Counted from the stretch's first letter, positions 48,145-59,650 are shown. The stretch: DNA of 64,000 bases from Gammaproteobacteria bacterium (GCA_038142505.1 JAYQKD010000003.1:162041-226040), one strand, 5' to 3'. A program made the numbers and translations. The notes: a model not told the origin generated them from the letters alone.

Positions 48145-48684
48145 ATGGAAATTAAAAATCATATTCTTCAAGATATTAAGTTTTTAAAATCCCCAAATTT
48201 TAATGAAAGACCGAAAAATATTGAAATTAATTTATTGGTTATTCATTCTATAAGCCTTCCTCCAAAAAAATATAACACTGATCATATTGAAAAATTCTTT
48301 ATGAATGAACTAGATTTTAGATTAGATGATTTTTATAAAGAAATAGATGGTTTAAAAGTTTCTTCTCACTTATTAATAAAAAGGACTGGAGAAATAATAC
48401 AGTTTGTACCTTTTAATCAAAGAGCTTGGCATGCTGGTGTATCCACATATAAAGGAAGAGATGACTGCAATGATTTTTCAATAGGCATAGAACTTGAAGG
48501 CTCCGAAGATGATATTTTTGAGGATATTCAGTACGAAAAATTATCTCAAATTACAGAGATACTATTGCAAGAGTATACTGGTATTAGCAAGGAAGACATA
48601 AAAGGTCATTCGGACATAGCTCCTGGTCGTAAAACAGATCCAGGAATCTTGTTTGATTGGGATAGGTATTTAAAAAATGTATAA
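48145..48684 (+). CDS. ampD: 1,6-anhydro-N-acetylmuramyl-L-alanine amidase AmpD (amidase_2)
   Basis: LVIHSISLPP..., RAWHAGVS...CNDFSIGIELEG and GHSDIAPGRKTDPG. Confidence 0.9.
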   Translation: MEIKNHILQDIKFLKSPNFNERPKNIEINLLVIHSISLPPKKYNTDHIEKFFMNELDFRLDDFYKEIDGLKVSSHLLIKRTGEIIQFVPFNQRAWHAGVSTYKGRDDCNDFSIGIELEGSEDDIFEDIQYEKLSQITEILLQEYTGISKEDIKGHSDIAPGRKTDPGILFDWDRYLKNV

Positions 48685-49951
48685 CTTAAGAAAAATGTTT
48701 GTGATGCTCTCATTAGGCTTTGGTTCTGGATTGCCATACATACTTCTTATCAGCACCACATCAGCATGGTTAAGAGATGCAGGTGTAGAATTGAGTCTTA
48801 TAGGATTTTTTGCGTGGATAACATTTGCCTACACAATAAAGTTTATATGGGCTCCACTAGTAGATAGATTTTCAGTTCCATATTTTGCTAGATATGGCCA
48901 CAGAAAGAGCTGGATAGCTTTAATGCAAATAATAATAATCAGTGCTTTATTATTATTATCAAATATTGATCCTGTTCAAAGTTTTCTATTTTTTTGTGTA
49001 GTTGCTGGATTAATTGCTTTTGCAGGTTCTTTTCAAGACATTGCAATAGATGCCTTCAGAATAGAATATGCTCATATCAGTGATCAAGGTAACTTAGCGG
49101 CCGCATATCAACTTGGTTATAGATTAGCAATAATAGCCGCAACTTCATTAGCGTTAATTTTTGCTGACTCGAATGGCTGGTCTTTGACTTATAAGTTACT
49201 AGCAGCGCTTATGTGCTTAGGTTTTCTTGGGGTTATATTTTCAAGCGAGAATAGAAATCCTGAACTGGGAAAACTCAATTTTTCAAATTCAATTTACGAG
49301 CCATTAAAAGATTTCTTTTCTCGCTTTAAATTTTTTATGGCATCAATTTTGTTACTCATAGTTGCTACTTATAGATTAACAGACATAGTGATGGGCCCTA
49401 TGGCAACTCCTTTTTATATAGATATGGGTTTTACCTTAACTGAGATAGGTGCTGTAGTAAAAGTTGTAGCATTAATAGCATCAATTGTTGGTATTTTTGT
49501 TGGCGGTTTATTAATTAAAAGAATAAAAATTTTTAGATCACTGTTAATTGGCGCATTTTTAGTGATGATTACAAATGTCTTATTTGCATACGTTGCAATT
49601 ACAGAAAAAAATATAATTTCTTTAGCATCTATTGTCGCGATGGATAGTCTTGCTGCTGGTATTGTTGGAACTGTAAATATTGCATTTTTAACAAGCTTAG
49701 TATCAAAAAAATATACAGCTTTTCAGTATGCTTTGCTTACAGGCTTTATGACTTTGCCTGGATTTGCTTTAAAAGGCCTATCGGGTGTTTGGGTCGAGTT
49801 ATTTCAAACATCGTATGGTTTTGAGTATGGCTGGATGAGTTTTTATATAGTTACTTCATTACTAACAATTCCATCAATACTATTGTTGTATTTTAATAGA
49901 GCTTTTATGCAGAAACATGAAAGACACTTTATAGATCAATATTTTTCTTAA
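48677..49951 (+). CDS. ampG: muropeptide MFS permease AmpG
   Basis: SLGFGSGLPYILL..TTSAWLRDAGV.L..IGFF..I...Y..KF.WAPLVDR is the AmpG N-terminal signature. The ORF is 424 aa and lies adjacent to ampD. Confidence 0.88.
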   Translation: MYNLRKMFVMLSLGFGSGLPYILLISTTSAWLRDAGVELSLIGFFAWITFAYTIKFIWAPLVDRFSVPYFARYGHRKSWIALMQIIIISALLLLSNIDPVQSFLFFCVVAGLIAFAGSFQDIAIDAFRIEYAHISDQGNLAAAYQLGYRLAIIAATSLALIFADSNGWSLTYKLLAALMCLGFLGVIFSSENRNPELGKLNFSNSIYEPLKDFFSRFKFFMASILLLIVATYRLTDIVMGPMATPFYIDMGFTLTEIGAVVKVVALIASIVGIFVGGLLIKRIKIFRSLLIGAFLVMITNVLFAYVAITEKNIISLASIVAMDSLAAGIVGTVNIAFLTSLVSKKYTAFQYALLTGFMTLPGFALKGLSGVWVELFQTSYGFEYGWMSFYIVTSLLTIPSILLLYFNRAFMQKHERHFIDQYFS

Positions 49952-50256
49952 GTTTACTAATTGTATTTTATTTAAGCATAGTACCAGCTGCCGCTATTCC
50001 AAACATAGCAGCTCTAGATTTTCTAAGCGATAAACTGATACATGGTCTAATATTTTTGTTTCTATCTTTTGTTGGCCTCAAATGCCATTTTAGTATTTCT
50101 AAAATATTTTTATTAACTATGATATTTAGTTTTGGCCTTACGATTGAGGTAATTCATTATTACCATCCTTATAGATTTTTTGAAATAGCTGACTTAATTG
50201 CAAATTTAATTGGAATTTTAGCTGCCTTAGTAATTTTTAATAAAAAAATCATATAA
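49921..50256 (+). CDS. VanZ-like small membrane protein (start codon unclear)
   Basis: The frame is open from 49921 and reads ...LSIVPAAAIPNIAALDFLSDKLIHGLIFLFLSF...IEVIHYYHPYRFFEIADLIANLIGIL (VanZ-type DK..H and E..Q/H...R..D..D..aN motifs). Upstream of the track's TTG at 50056 there is no ATG/GTG/TTG codon, so the 5' end may be affected by an indel. Confidence 0.55.
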   Translation, partial: KTLYRSIFFLSLLIVFYLSIVPAAAIPNIAALDFLSDKLIHGLIFLFLSFVGLKCHFSISKIFLLTMIFSFGLTIEVIHYYHPYRFFEIADLIANLIGILAALVIFNKKII

Positions 50257-50288
50257 GGTATTGATTTCTGTTATTTAGACCATAACTA
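50257..50288 (+). promoter_or_regulatory. candidate heat-shock (sigma32-like) promoter of groESL
   Basis: TTGATTT (50261-50267), a 12-nt spacer, then CCATAACT (50280-50287), loosely resembling CTTGAA-N13/14-CCCCATNT. The match is degenerate and the background is AT-rich. Confidence 0.25.
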
Positions 50289-50291
50289 GTG

Positions 50292-50311
50292 TGTTAGTTA
50301 ATAAACTAACA
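50292..50311 (+). promoter_or_regulatory. perfect 8-bp inverted repeat in the groES leader
   Basis: TGTTAGTT-AATA-AACTAACA lies about 35 nt upstream of the groES ATG, between the candidate promoter and the RBS (AGGAGA). Confidence 0.4.
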
Positions 50312-50345
50312 TAAAATTCATTAATTATTTTAATAGGAGATAAAA

Positions 50346-50633
50346 ATGAAATTAAGACCTTTGCATGACAAGGTTCTAGTTAAGAGAACTGAGGAAGAGG
50401 AAACTTCATCCGGAGGTATTATTCTTTCAGGATCTGCTAAAGAAAAACCTTCACAAGGTGAAGTAATATCAGTGGGGCCTGGCAAGAAAAATGATTCAGG
50501 AGAAGTTGTTCCAGTAAATGTTAAAGCTGGTGATACTGTTCTTTTTGGTCAGTATGCTGGTAACGAAGTAAAAGTTGATGGCGAAGAATATCTAATCATG
50601 AGTGAGAGTGATATTTTCGGTGTTATTGAATAA
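50346..50633 (+). CDS. groES: co-chaperonin GroES
   Basis: [39 protein letters not shown]. Confidence 0.98.
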   Translation: MKLRPLHDKVLVKRTEEEETSSGGIILSGSAKEKPSQGEVISVGPGKKNDSGEVVPVNVKAGDTVLFGQYAGNEVKVDGEEYLIMSESDIFGVIE

Positions 50634-50653
50634 TTAATTAATATAAATACTAA

Positions 50654-52309
<1,656 letters not shown>

Positions 52310-52330
52310 TCATTTAATGTTCATTATCAA

Positions 52331-52357
52331 ATGGGGCTTTTTAGCCCCATTTTTATT
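52331..52357 (+). terminator. Rho-independent terminator after groEL
   Basis: Stem ATGGGGCT/AGCCCCAT (52331-38 and 52343-50), loop TTTT, followed by TTTTATT. Confidence 0.8.
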
Positions 52358-52413
52358 AGATTTAAAGTAAAATTTATTTTAATATACGATAAAGCATATT
52401 TATAAGGAGAGTC

Positions 52414-53034
52414 ATGGATATTTTAACCGATCAAGCTTTTTTTAGATCCTTTCATATTTTATTTGGTATAGCCTGGATAGGGTTACTTTATTACTTTAAC
52501 TTTGTTCAAGGTGAGTATGTAAAAGTTGCTGATCCAGATGCAAAAGCTGATGTATTCAAAAAACTTGCACCTAATGCATTGTGGTGGTTTAGATGGGCTG
52601 CACTGTTTACATTTTTAACTGGAGTTATTTTGCTTCATCAAATATCTGTGAGAATAGGAACAGAAATTATTCTTGGTGCAACAATGGGTACCCTTATGAT
52701 GCTTAATGTTTGGGGTATTATTTGGAGAAATCAAAAGATTGTTTTAGGTATGAAAGAAGGCGATGCTGCAGTTGCTGGAGCAAAAGCAGGACTTGCATCT
52801 AGAACTAATACACTTTTTTCAGTACCAATGCTTATGTACATGGTCTATTCAGTTCATGGCGGCGGAGTAGATATCAGCATGAATGCTGTATTGATTGGAC
52901 TAGCAATTATTTTTGCAATTGAAGCTAATGCAATTTGGGGAAAAATGTTACCAGCGATTACTTCTGTAAGAGCAGTAATAATATCTTCATTTGTTTTAGC
53001 TGTTGTAATGAAAGTTATTACTGATTTTATGTAA
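52414..53034 (+). CDS. conserved integral membrane protein of unknown function (TM1 motif FH-x3-G-x2-WIG)
   Basis: 206 aa with about 5 TM segments. The N-terminus FRSFHILFGIAWIGLLYYFNFV recalls the first helix of PuuD-type urate-hydroxylase membrane domains. That similarity is from memory and unverified. The gene is flanked by strong terminators on both sides. Confidence 0.3.
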   Translation: MDILTDQAFFRSFHILFGIAWIGLLYYFNFVQGEYVKVADPDAKADVFKKLAPNALWWFRWAALFTFLTGVILLHQISVRIGTEIILGATMGTLMMLNVWGIIWRNQKIVLGMKEGDAAVAGAKAGLASRTNTLFSVPMLMYMVYSVHGGGVDISMNAVLIGLAIIFAIEANAIWGKMLPAITSVRAVIISSFVLAVVMKVITDFM

Positions 53035-53056
53035 ATTTATAATTATATTTGTTTTA

Positions 53057-53083
53057 GGGGAGCTTTAGCTCCCCTTTATTTTT
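53057..53083 (+). terminator. Rho-independent terminator
   Basis: Stem GGGGAGC/GCTCCCC (53057-63 and 53068-74), loop TTTA, then TTTATTTTT. Confidence 0.8.
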
Positions 53084-53143
53084 AAATACTTTCTAAAATA
53101 ACAAAAAATCATATAGAATGACCTCAAAAATATAGGAAATTAC

Positions 53144-53728
53144 ATGGACAAAAAGCCAAGCGAAACTGAAGTACTAGAAGCAGTAAGAAAGCTTATTTTA
53201 TGGGCAGGAGATGATCCTGAAAGAGAAGGTTTAATTGAAACACCTAAAAGAGTAGCTAAAGCATATAAAGAGTTCTTTTCGGGCTATCACGAAGATCCTT
53301 TTGAAATTTTAAATAAAACTTTTGAAGAAGTTGAAGGTTATGACGATGCTGTTATTGTAAGAGATATAAGAGTTGAATCTCATTGTGAGCATCATATGGT
53401 TCCAATTATAGGAGTAGCTCATGTAGGTTATATCCCAAACAACAGAGTGGTTGTAATAAGTAAATTAGCTAGGCTTGTAGATGTATTTGGTAAAAGATTG
53501 CAAACTCAAGAAACTATGACAGCTCAGATCGCAGATACAATTAATGATGTTCTTCAACCAAAAGGGGTTGCAGTTGTAATTGATGCTAGTCATGGATGTA
53601 TGAGCACTAGGGGTATCCATAAAACTGAATCAAGTACTATTACTTCAAGAATGCTAGGTATATTTAGAGAAGATAATAAAGCTAGAGAGGAATTCATTAA
53701 TTTAATTAATTCGCCTAAGAAATTTTAA
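53144..53728 (+). CDS. folE: GTP cyclohydrolase I
   Basis: REGL.ETP.RVAKAY.E.F.GY and V.SHCEHHMVPI.G.AHVGYIP, then LQTQE..T.QIA. Confidence 0.96.
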   Translation: MDKKPSETEVLEAVRKLILWAGDDPEREGLIETPKRVAKAYKEFFSGYHEDPFEILNKTFEEVEGYDDAVIVRDIRVESHCEHHMVPIIGVAHVGYIPNNRVVVISKLARLVDVFGKRLQTQETMTAQIADTINDVLQPKGVAVVIDASHGCMSTRGIHKTESSTITSRMLGIFREDNKAREEFINLINSPKKF

Positions 53729-54366
53729 ATGAACTCTAACAAGATACTGCGATCAAGTATCAGTCCATCAGTACCAATAATTCTAGCTTCAGGCTCTGAG
53801 AGCAGAAGGATTATGCTTGAAGATGCGGGTTTAGATTTTAAAGTTTCTTCTTCTGATGTAGATGAGGATATTCTTAAACAACAAATGGTTGGAATGCCTT
53901 TTGAAAACAAGTTGTGAAGCTAGCATCAGCTAAAGCTGAAGAAGTAAGTATTAAGAATCAAGATCATATTGTCATTGGCGGTGATCAAATGTGTGTTTGC
54001 AACGATAAAATCTTTGACAAGCCAGGCTCTGTTGAAAAAGCAATAAATAATCTGCAAGTTTTATCTGGAACAACCCATCATCAATATAGTGGTATCTGTA
54101 TTTTTAAAAACGGTGAATCATTATGGGAGTATTATGAAGCTGTCGAAATGAATATGCATAAATTGTCAGATGAAGAAATTATTAATTACGTAAAATTAGA
54201 AAATCCTATTCATGCAGCTGGTGCATATAAATTTGAATCTTTAGGATGTAACTTATTCTCATCTGTGAATGGTTCCTCATATACAATAAGAGGAATGCCT
54301 TTGTTACCCTTGCTAAGTAAATTAAGGGAAATGGGTGTAATAAATCTAGAACAATCTGTTAATTAA
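53729..54366 (+). CDS. maf: Maf-family nucleoside-triphosphate pyrophosphatase (frameshift ~53900-53917)
   Basis: ILASGSESRRIMLEDAGLDFKV..SDVDE, then in the second frame KLASAKAEEV...VIGGDQM...DKPGS...AHAAGAYKFESLG. Confidence 0.85.
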
Positions 54367-55746
54367 ATGAAAATTTTTAATACTCATTCTGGAAAAAAAG
54401 AGGACTTTATTCCTATAAATCCAGAGCATATCAAAATCTATGCCTGTGGCCCAACTGTCTACAACTATGCTCATATCGGAAATGCAAGAATGGCAGTTGT
54501 TTTTGATACTTTGGTCAGAGTTTTAAGAGATATCTATCCAAAAGTTACTTATGTCTCAAATATTACCGACATTGATGACAAAATTATTGATGCTGCAAAT
54601 GAGCTAAAAGTTCCAATAGAAGAGATAACTAATAAATATACAAATATTTATAACGAAGATATGTCAAAGCTTTTAGTGATGGCTCCAGATATTCAACCAA
54701 AAGCTACTGAATACATTCCAGAAATGATAGCTCTTATTAATGATTTAATAGATAAAAATCATGCATATGAAAAAGAAGGACATGTTTTATTTCATGTGCC
54801 TTCGTATGAAAATTATGGAAGCCTTTCAAAAAGAAATCGTGAAGAACAGATTGCTGGAAGTAGGGTTGAAATTGCACCATTTAAGAAAGATCCAGCTGAT
54901 TTTGTTTTATGGAAGCCAAGCAATGACAAACAACCAGGCTGGGACTCACCGTGGGGATATGGAAGACCTGGCTGGCATACAGAATGTTCTGCAATGTCTG
55001 AAAAAACATTAGGGCTTCCTTTTGATATTCATGGTGGCGGAAGAGATCTTACATTTCCTCATCATGAAAATGAGATTGCTCAAAGTTGTTGCTCATCTGC
55101 TGATATTAATAATCCAAATTCATATGTAAATTATTGGATGCATAATGGTTTTGTAACAGTAAACGGCGAAAAAATGTCCAAATCTCTTGGTAACATTTCT
55201 TTGGTTAAAGATTTAACATATTCAAATCATGGAGAAGTAGTTCGACTGGCACTTCTTTCATCTCATTATAGACAGGCTCTTGATTGGAACGAAAAAGTTA
55301 TTCATCAGTCCAAAAGATTACTAGATAAACTATACAACTTGTTGAATGAAATTAAAGAGGTTGAACCATCAAAAGATTTAAGTTTGTCTGACAGTTTTAT
55401 ATCACCTCTTTTAGATGATCTAAATACTCCAGGCTTAATTGCAAATCTCAACAAGATGATTAAAGATTTTCATTCAATATCTGAAAATGAATTACCTGTA
55501 TTTAAGACTAATTTATTAGAGCAACTAATCTAATTGGAGTATGTCAGTCTTCTTATGAGGATTGGGTGTCTGTAAAAAATGAAAATATTGATGAAGAGAA
55601 AATTAATATACTTATTGCAGAAAGACTAGAGGCAAAAAAAATTAAAGACTTTGAAAGGGCAGATCAAATAAGACAAGAGCTTATTAGATATGAATATTGA
55701 AATCAAAGATCATCAACAAGGAACTGACTGGAGTGTGAAGTCATGA
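54367..55746 (+). CDS. cysS: cysteinyl-tRNA synthetase (at least 2 frameshifts in the last ~220 nt)
   Basis: IYACGPTVYNYAHIGNAR (HIGH region), GWHTECSAM, HGGG.DL.FPHHENE and KMSKSLGN. The C-terminal anticodon-binding tail (ERLEAKKIKDFERADQIRQEL) is recovered in shifted frames. Total is 460 codons. Confidence 0.9.
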
Positions 55747-56348
55747 TTCCTGCAAAATCTTCTAACTATGACCTTCCAGACTCATATGACCATATCGAAC
55801 AAACTTTAATCACAGCTGATCAAATTCTTTCTGATGCAGTCGAAAATGCAAAAACTCTTTTTCATTCACCGACAGTTTCATCTATTGAGGATTCAAAAAT
55901 TGTTTCTCGTGTTATGGTTTTAAGAGAATTTAATCTTAAAGAGAGATTTATGAGATTTCATACTGATTATAGAGCTCCTAAAATAAAACAATATAAAAAA
56001 AATAGCACAGCTACTGTTTTAGGCTACGATCCATTATTAAAGGTTCAAATAAAATTGCAAGGTACAATAGAATCTCATTATCATAATTCTGTTACGCGAA
56101 ATGCATGGGATGGCTCAACAACTAGGTCTAAAAAGTGTTATTCGGTTAGGGGAGGCTCCTCTTTTAAGATAGATAACCCCAATGAATATGATCTTAAGGA
56201 TGGTAATATTGAGGATGGATATATGAATTTTGCTGTATTAATCTTTCAATTTGATTCATTGGAATTTCTTCACCTAAAAAGTTCTGGGCATAGGCGTGCT
56301 CTCCATAGTTGGGATGATAATTATAAATCTCAATGGCTTGTTCCATAA
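55743..56348 (+). CDS. pyridoxamine-5'-phosphate-oxidase-like (split-barrel FMN-binding fold) protein
   Basis: Intact 201-aa ORF whose ATG overlaps the cysS stop as ATGA. RVMVLREF...RFHTDYRAPKIKQ...ATVLGY...QIKLQGT...W......Y and the C-terminal LEFLHLKSSGHRR resemble the Pyridox_oxase_2-type pattern. The call rests on motifs only. Confidence 0.45.
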   Translation: MIPAKSSNYDLPDSYDHIEQTLITADQILSDAVENAKTLFHSPTVSSIEDSKIVSRVMVLREFNLKERFMRFHTDYRAPKIKQYKKNSTATVLGYDPLLKVQIKLQGTIESHYHNSVTRNAWDGSTTRSKKCYSVRGGSSFKIDNPNEYDLKDGNIEDGYMNFAVLIFQFDSLEFLHLKSSGHRRALHSWDDNYKSQWLVP

Positions 56349-56443
56349 AATATATTTTTCAATTCAAAAAAACTTTCAATTCTAAAAACAAAAAAAGTTT
56401 ATTAATGTATTATTAAAACTTAATTTTTATTTGGGAGAGAGAA

Positions 56444-56938
56444 ATGAAAAAATATTTATTAAGTATTTTATTTATATTTTCAACAGGGCTTGTTTTTGTG
56501 ACGGACATTCAAAGCTGAAAAAAAGTAATTGCAAAAATTTAAAAAATATTGGGATGCAAGGAATTAGTGCTGATTGGTCATCAGTTGTTGCAATGAGCAG
56601 TTCTTCTGGAATGTTAAATACAAATTCTGATGGCAGTTTTCATAAACCAAAAACTATTCAAACAGTCTGCAGATTGGGAAAATCAAAGCGTTGGTGGAAC
56701 TGGAGTAATTAACGTTCATGCACCTGAAGCATACCAGTTAAACAAAGATACAGTTTTTGTAAGATATTATGCAGAAGGTGTTGTTCCTGATGGAAATGGA
56801 GGAATTAAACCATACAGAACAAGAGTAACAGGTGTTTGGGTAAATGAGAAAGGTAGTTGGGTAATAAAGACAATGCATTTTTCATCAGCAGCTTATGGTG
56901 GGACTCATCAAACTGTAGCATCAGATTTTGAGGATTGA
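56444..56938 (+). CDS. secreted NTF2-like (SnoaL/DUF4440-type) protein (at least 3 frameshifts)
   Basis: RBS GGGAGAGAG plus ATG 56444 and the signal peptide MKKYLLSILFIFSTGLVFV. The C-terminal fragment YYAEGVVPDGNGGIKPYRTRVTGVWVNEKGSWVIKTMHFS is typical of the cone-shaped NTF2-like fold. Confidence 0.5.
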
Positions 56939-56942
56939 TGAT

Positions 56943-57629
56943 ATGAAAAAATTTTTGATTATAAATTTATCTTTTATCTTTTCAGTTTTTATAATTGCTG
57001 ATGAAGTTGATTCTTCTGATTCTGAGTCTAAGGGTTATATTTTAATGTCAACTTATGAAATGGCCTATGGAGGAAAGTTTAAAGATCTTGAAAAGAATTT
57101 AATTGAAGAAACAAAAGCTGGAGTAAAAGATGGTTATGATGCTTGTTCTCTATATAGACATGTTCAAGGTTCACAAAGAGCTTTTTATATGGTCTGTAGT
57201 TTCAAAACAATGGAACAATTTGCAAAAATAATGAATGTTGAAAGAGATTACAGTAATGATAGACAACTATTTGCATCACATACTGATCATATACTTGCAA
57301 GAGTTACAACAGAGTTAGATGGTCCTCCGCCATTTGTAATGTTTGCAAAATGGCGACCGGGACCAAATCTTTCTATGACAGGTTTCTCCGACAGAATGTC
57401 TGCTTTTCAAAAAGCATTCTCAAAGAGTTTTGGCGGTTGTAATGAATTTATTCATGCATGGGGACCAGAGTATGCAGGCTATCTTGCATGTGGTTTCAAT
57501 AACTGGTCAGATTTTGCTAAGGCTACAGCTGCTGCAGATGAAAATGTTGTTGAAGCAATTTCATCTTTTCCGGTAACAGGAATTGTAAATCATTCTGATG
57601 AGCTTCTTGTAAGGGTATACCCTGAGTAA
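56943..57629 (+). CDS. secreted protein of unknown function built from two homologous ~95-aa domains (possibly dimeric alpha/beta-barrel, NIPSNAP/ABM-like)
   Basis: Signal peptide MKKFLIINLSFIFSVFIIA|DEV. The halves starting YILMSTYEM... and FVMFAKWRP... align, sharing (H)-x-(W/Q)G...A(F/G)Y(M/L)xCxF-x4-(Q/D)FAK...(H)xD(H/E)(I/L)LxRV. The track start at 56928 is in frame. Confidence 0.4.
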   Translation: MKKFLIINLSFIFSVFIIADEVDSSDSESKGYILMSTYEMAYGGKFKDLEKNLIEETKAGVKDGYDACSLYRHVQGSQRAFYMVCSFKTMEQFAKIMNVERDYSNDRQLFASHTDHILARVTTELDGPPPFVMFAKWRPGPNLSMTGFSDRMSAFQKAFSKSFGGCNEFIHAWGPEYAGYLACGFNNWSDFAKATAAADENVVEAISSFPVTGIVNHSDELLVRVYPE

Positions 57630-57643
57630 TCATCTTAAAAATA

Positions 57644-57669
57644 AAAAGCCAGCGCAAGCTGGCTTTATT
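57644..57669 (+). terminator. Rho-independent terminator
   Basis: AAAAGCCAGC-GCAA-GCTGGCTTTATT. The stem is AGCCAGC/GCTGGCT (57647-53 and 57658-64). Confidence 0.75.
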
Positions 57670-57711
57670 AAACCTATATAGAATTCAGTATTTACCTATA
57701 TAATACTGCAT

Positions 57712-59645
57712 ATGAATATTACATTGCCTGATGGTAGCATAAGAAAAATGGAGACCGGTTCCACTGGTCTTGATTTAGCTAATGATATTGGTCCAGGTTT
57801 GGCTAAAGCTGCCATTGCTGTTTCTGTAAATGGTATTCAAAAGACTTATGTGATCCTATTAATGAAGACTCAGAAGTTTCAATAATCACTATTGACTCAG
57901 ATGAAGGTCTTGAAATTATGAGACATACTCTTACAGCACAAGTGCTTGCAAGAGCTGTTAAAAACTTGTATCCAGATACAAAATTGGCTATAGGACCAAC
58001 TATCAAAGATGGTTTTTATTATGATTTTGAATTTGTAAAACCTATCGCCTCCTGATGACTTAGATAAAATTGAAAAAGAGATGCATAAAATTAGTAAATT
58101 CAAAGTCATCGATTACAAAAAAATTGTATACCAAAAAAGATGCACTTAAAGTTTTTAATTCGGCTGGAGAGTCATATAAAGAATCTATTATTGAAGAGTC
58201 TGAACAAGAGGATAATTTTCAATTGTATTATCAAGATGATGATGCTTTTGTAGATTTATGTAGAGGCCCTCATTTACCAAGTCTAAAACATATTGGAGCT
58301 TTTAAGCTAACCAAACTTGCTGGAGCATACTGGAAAGGAGATTCAAAAAATAAAATGCTTACAAGAATTTATGGAACAGCATGGAAAAATGAAAAAGATT
58401 TAAATGCTTATCTTCATTCTATAGAGGAAGCTGAAAAAAGAGATCATAGAAAAATCGGAAAAGAAATGAATCTATTTCATTTTCAAGAAGAAGCACCTGG
58501 AATGGTTTTTTGGCATCCAAACGGATGGACTGTATATAGACTTTTGCAGGATTTTATGAGAGATAAGCTTCAGGCATTTGATTATCAAGAAATAAATACT
58601 CCGTTGGTTGTTGATAGAAAATTATGGGAAGCATCAGGTCATTGGGATAAATATAGAGAAAATATGTTTATAACTGAAATAGATGAAGAGCATGCAAATG
58701 AAAAAAGAACCAATGCATTAAAACCAATGAACTGCCCATGTCACGTTCAAGTGTATAACCAGGGATTAAAGTCTTATCGAGATTTGCCAGTGCGCTATGC
58801 TGAGTTTGGTTCATGTCATAGATATGAAGCATCTGGAACAATGCATGGACTTATGCGAGTAAGAGGTTTTACTCAGGATGATGGGCATATTTTTTGTACA
58901 GAAGAGCAAATTGAGACAGAAACAAAACTTTTCATAGAACTTCTTTCAAGCACATATAAAGACTTAGGGTTTGAAAAGTTTGATATCAAGCTATCAACTA
59001 GACCTGAAACAAGAGTTGGTTCTGATGAAGTATGGGATAAAGCAGAAAGCGCTCTGGAATCAGCAATTAAAAAGTTAGATCTCCCCTATGAAATAGAAGA
59101 GGGTGATGGAGCCTTTTATGGTCCAAAATTAGACTTTGTCTTAACTGATGCCATAGGACGAGAATGGCAGTGTGGCACTTTTCAAGCTGACTTTAATTTA
59201 CCAGATAGACTTGACGCTGAGTATGTTGGAGAAGATGGTCAAAAGCATCGACCGGTTATGATTCACAGGGCTGTATTAGGATCATTTGAAAGATTTATTG
59301 GAGTATTAATTGAAAATTATTCAGGCAAATTACCCTTTCTGGTTAGCTCCGGTACAGGTTGCTGTAGCAACTATTATCTCTGATGTTAATGACTATGCAT
59401 CTGATGTTATTAATCAGTTAGAGAAACATGGTATTAGATGTCATGAAGATTTTAGAAATGAGAAGATAAGTTATAAAGTCAGAGAGCATAGTGCTGCAAA
59501 AGTACCAGTGATTATGGCATTAGGTAAAAGAGAAAAAGAATCACAAACTGTTTCAATTAGAAGAATTGGTAGTGATAAAACTACAAGCATGAGTTTAGAA
59601 GATGCCGTAAAAGCATTAACTGTAGAAAATTCAATTCCAATTTAA
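57712..59645 (+). CDS. thrS: threonyl-tRNA synthetase (at least 4 frameshifts)
   Basis: TGS domain [14 protein letters not shown]..., the editing domain (RHT..H.LA.AV..LYP...LAIGP.I.DGFYYDF) and the class II core ([65 protein letters not shown]). The anticodon-binding domain is in fragment 59310..59645. Confidence 0.9.
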
Positions 59646-59650
59646 TTTTT

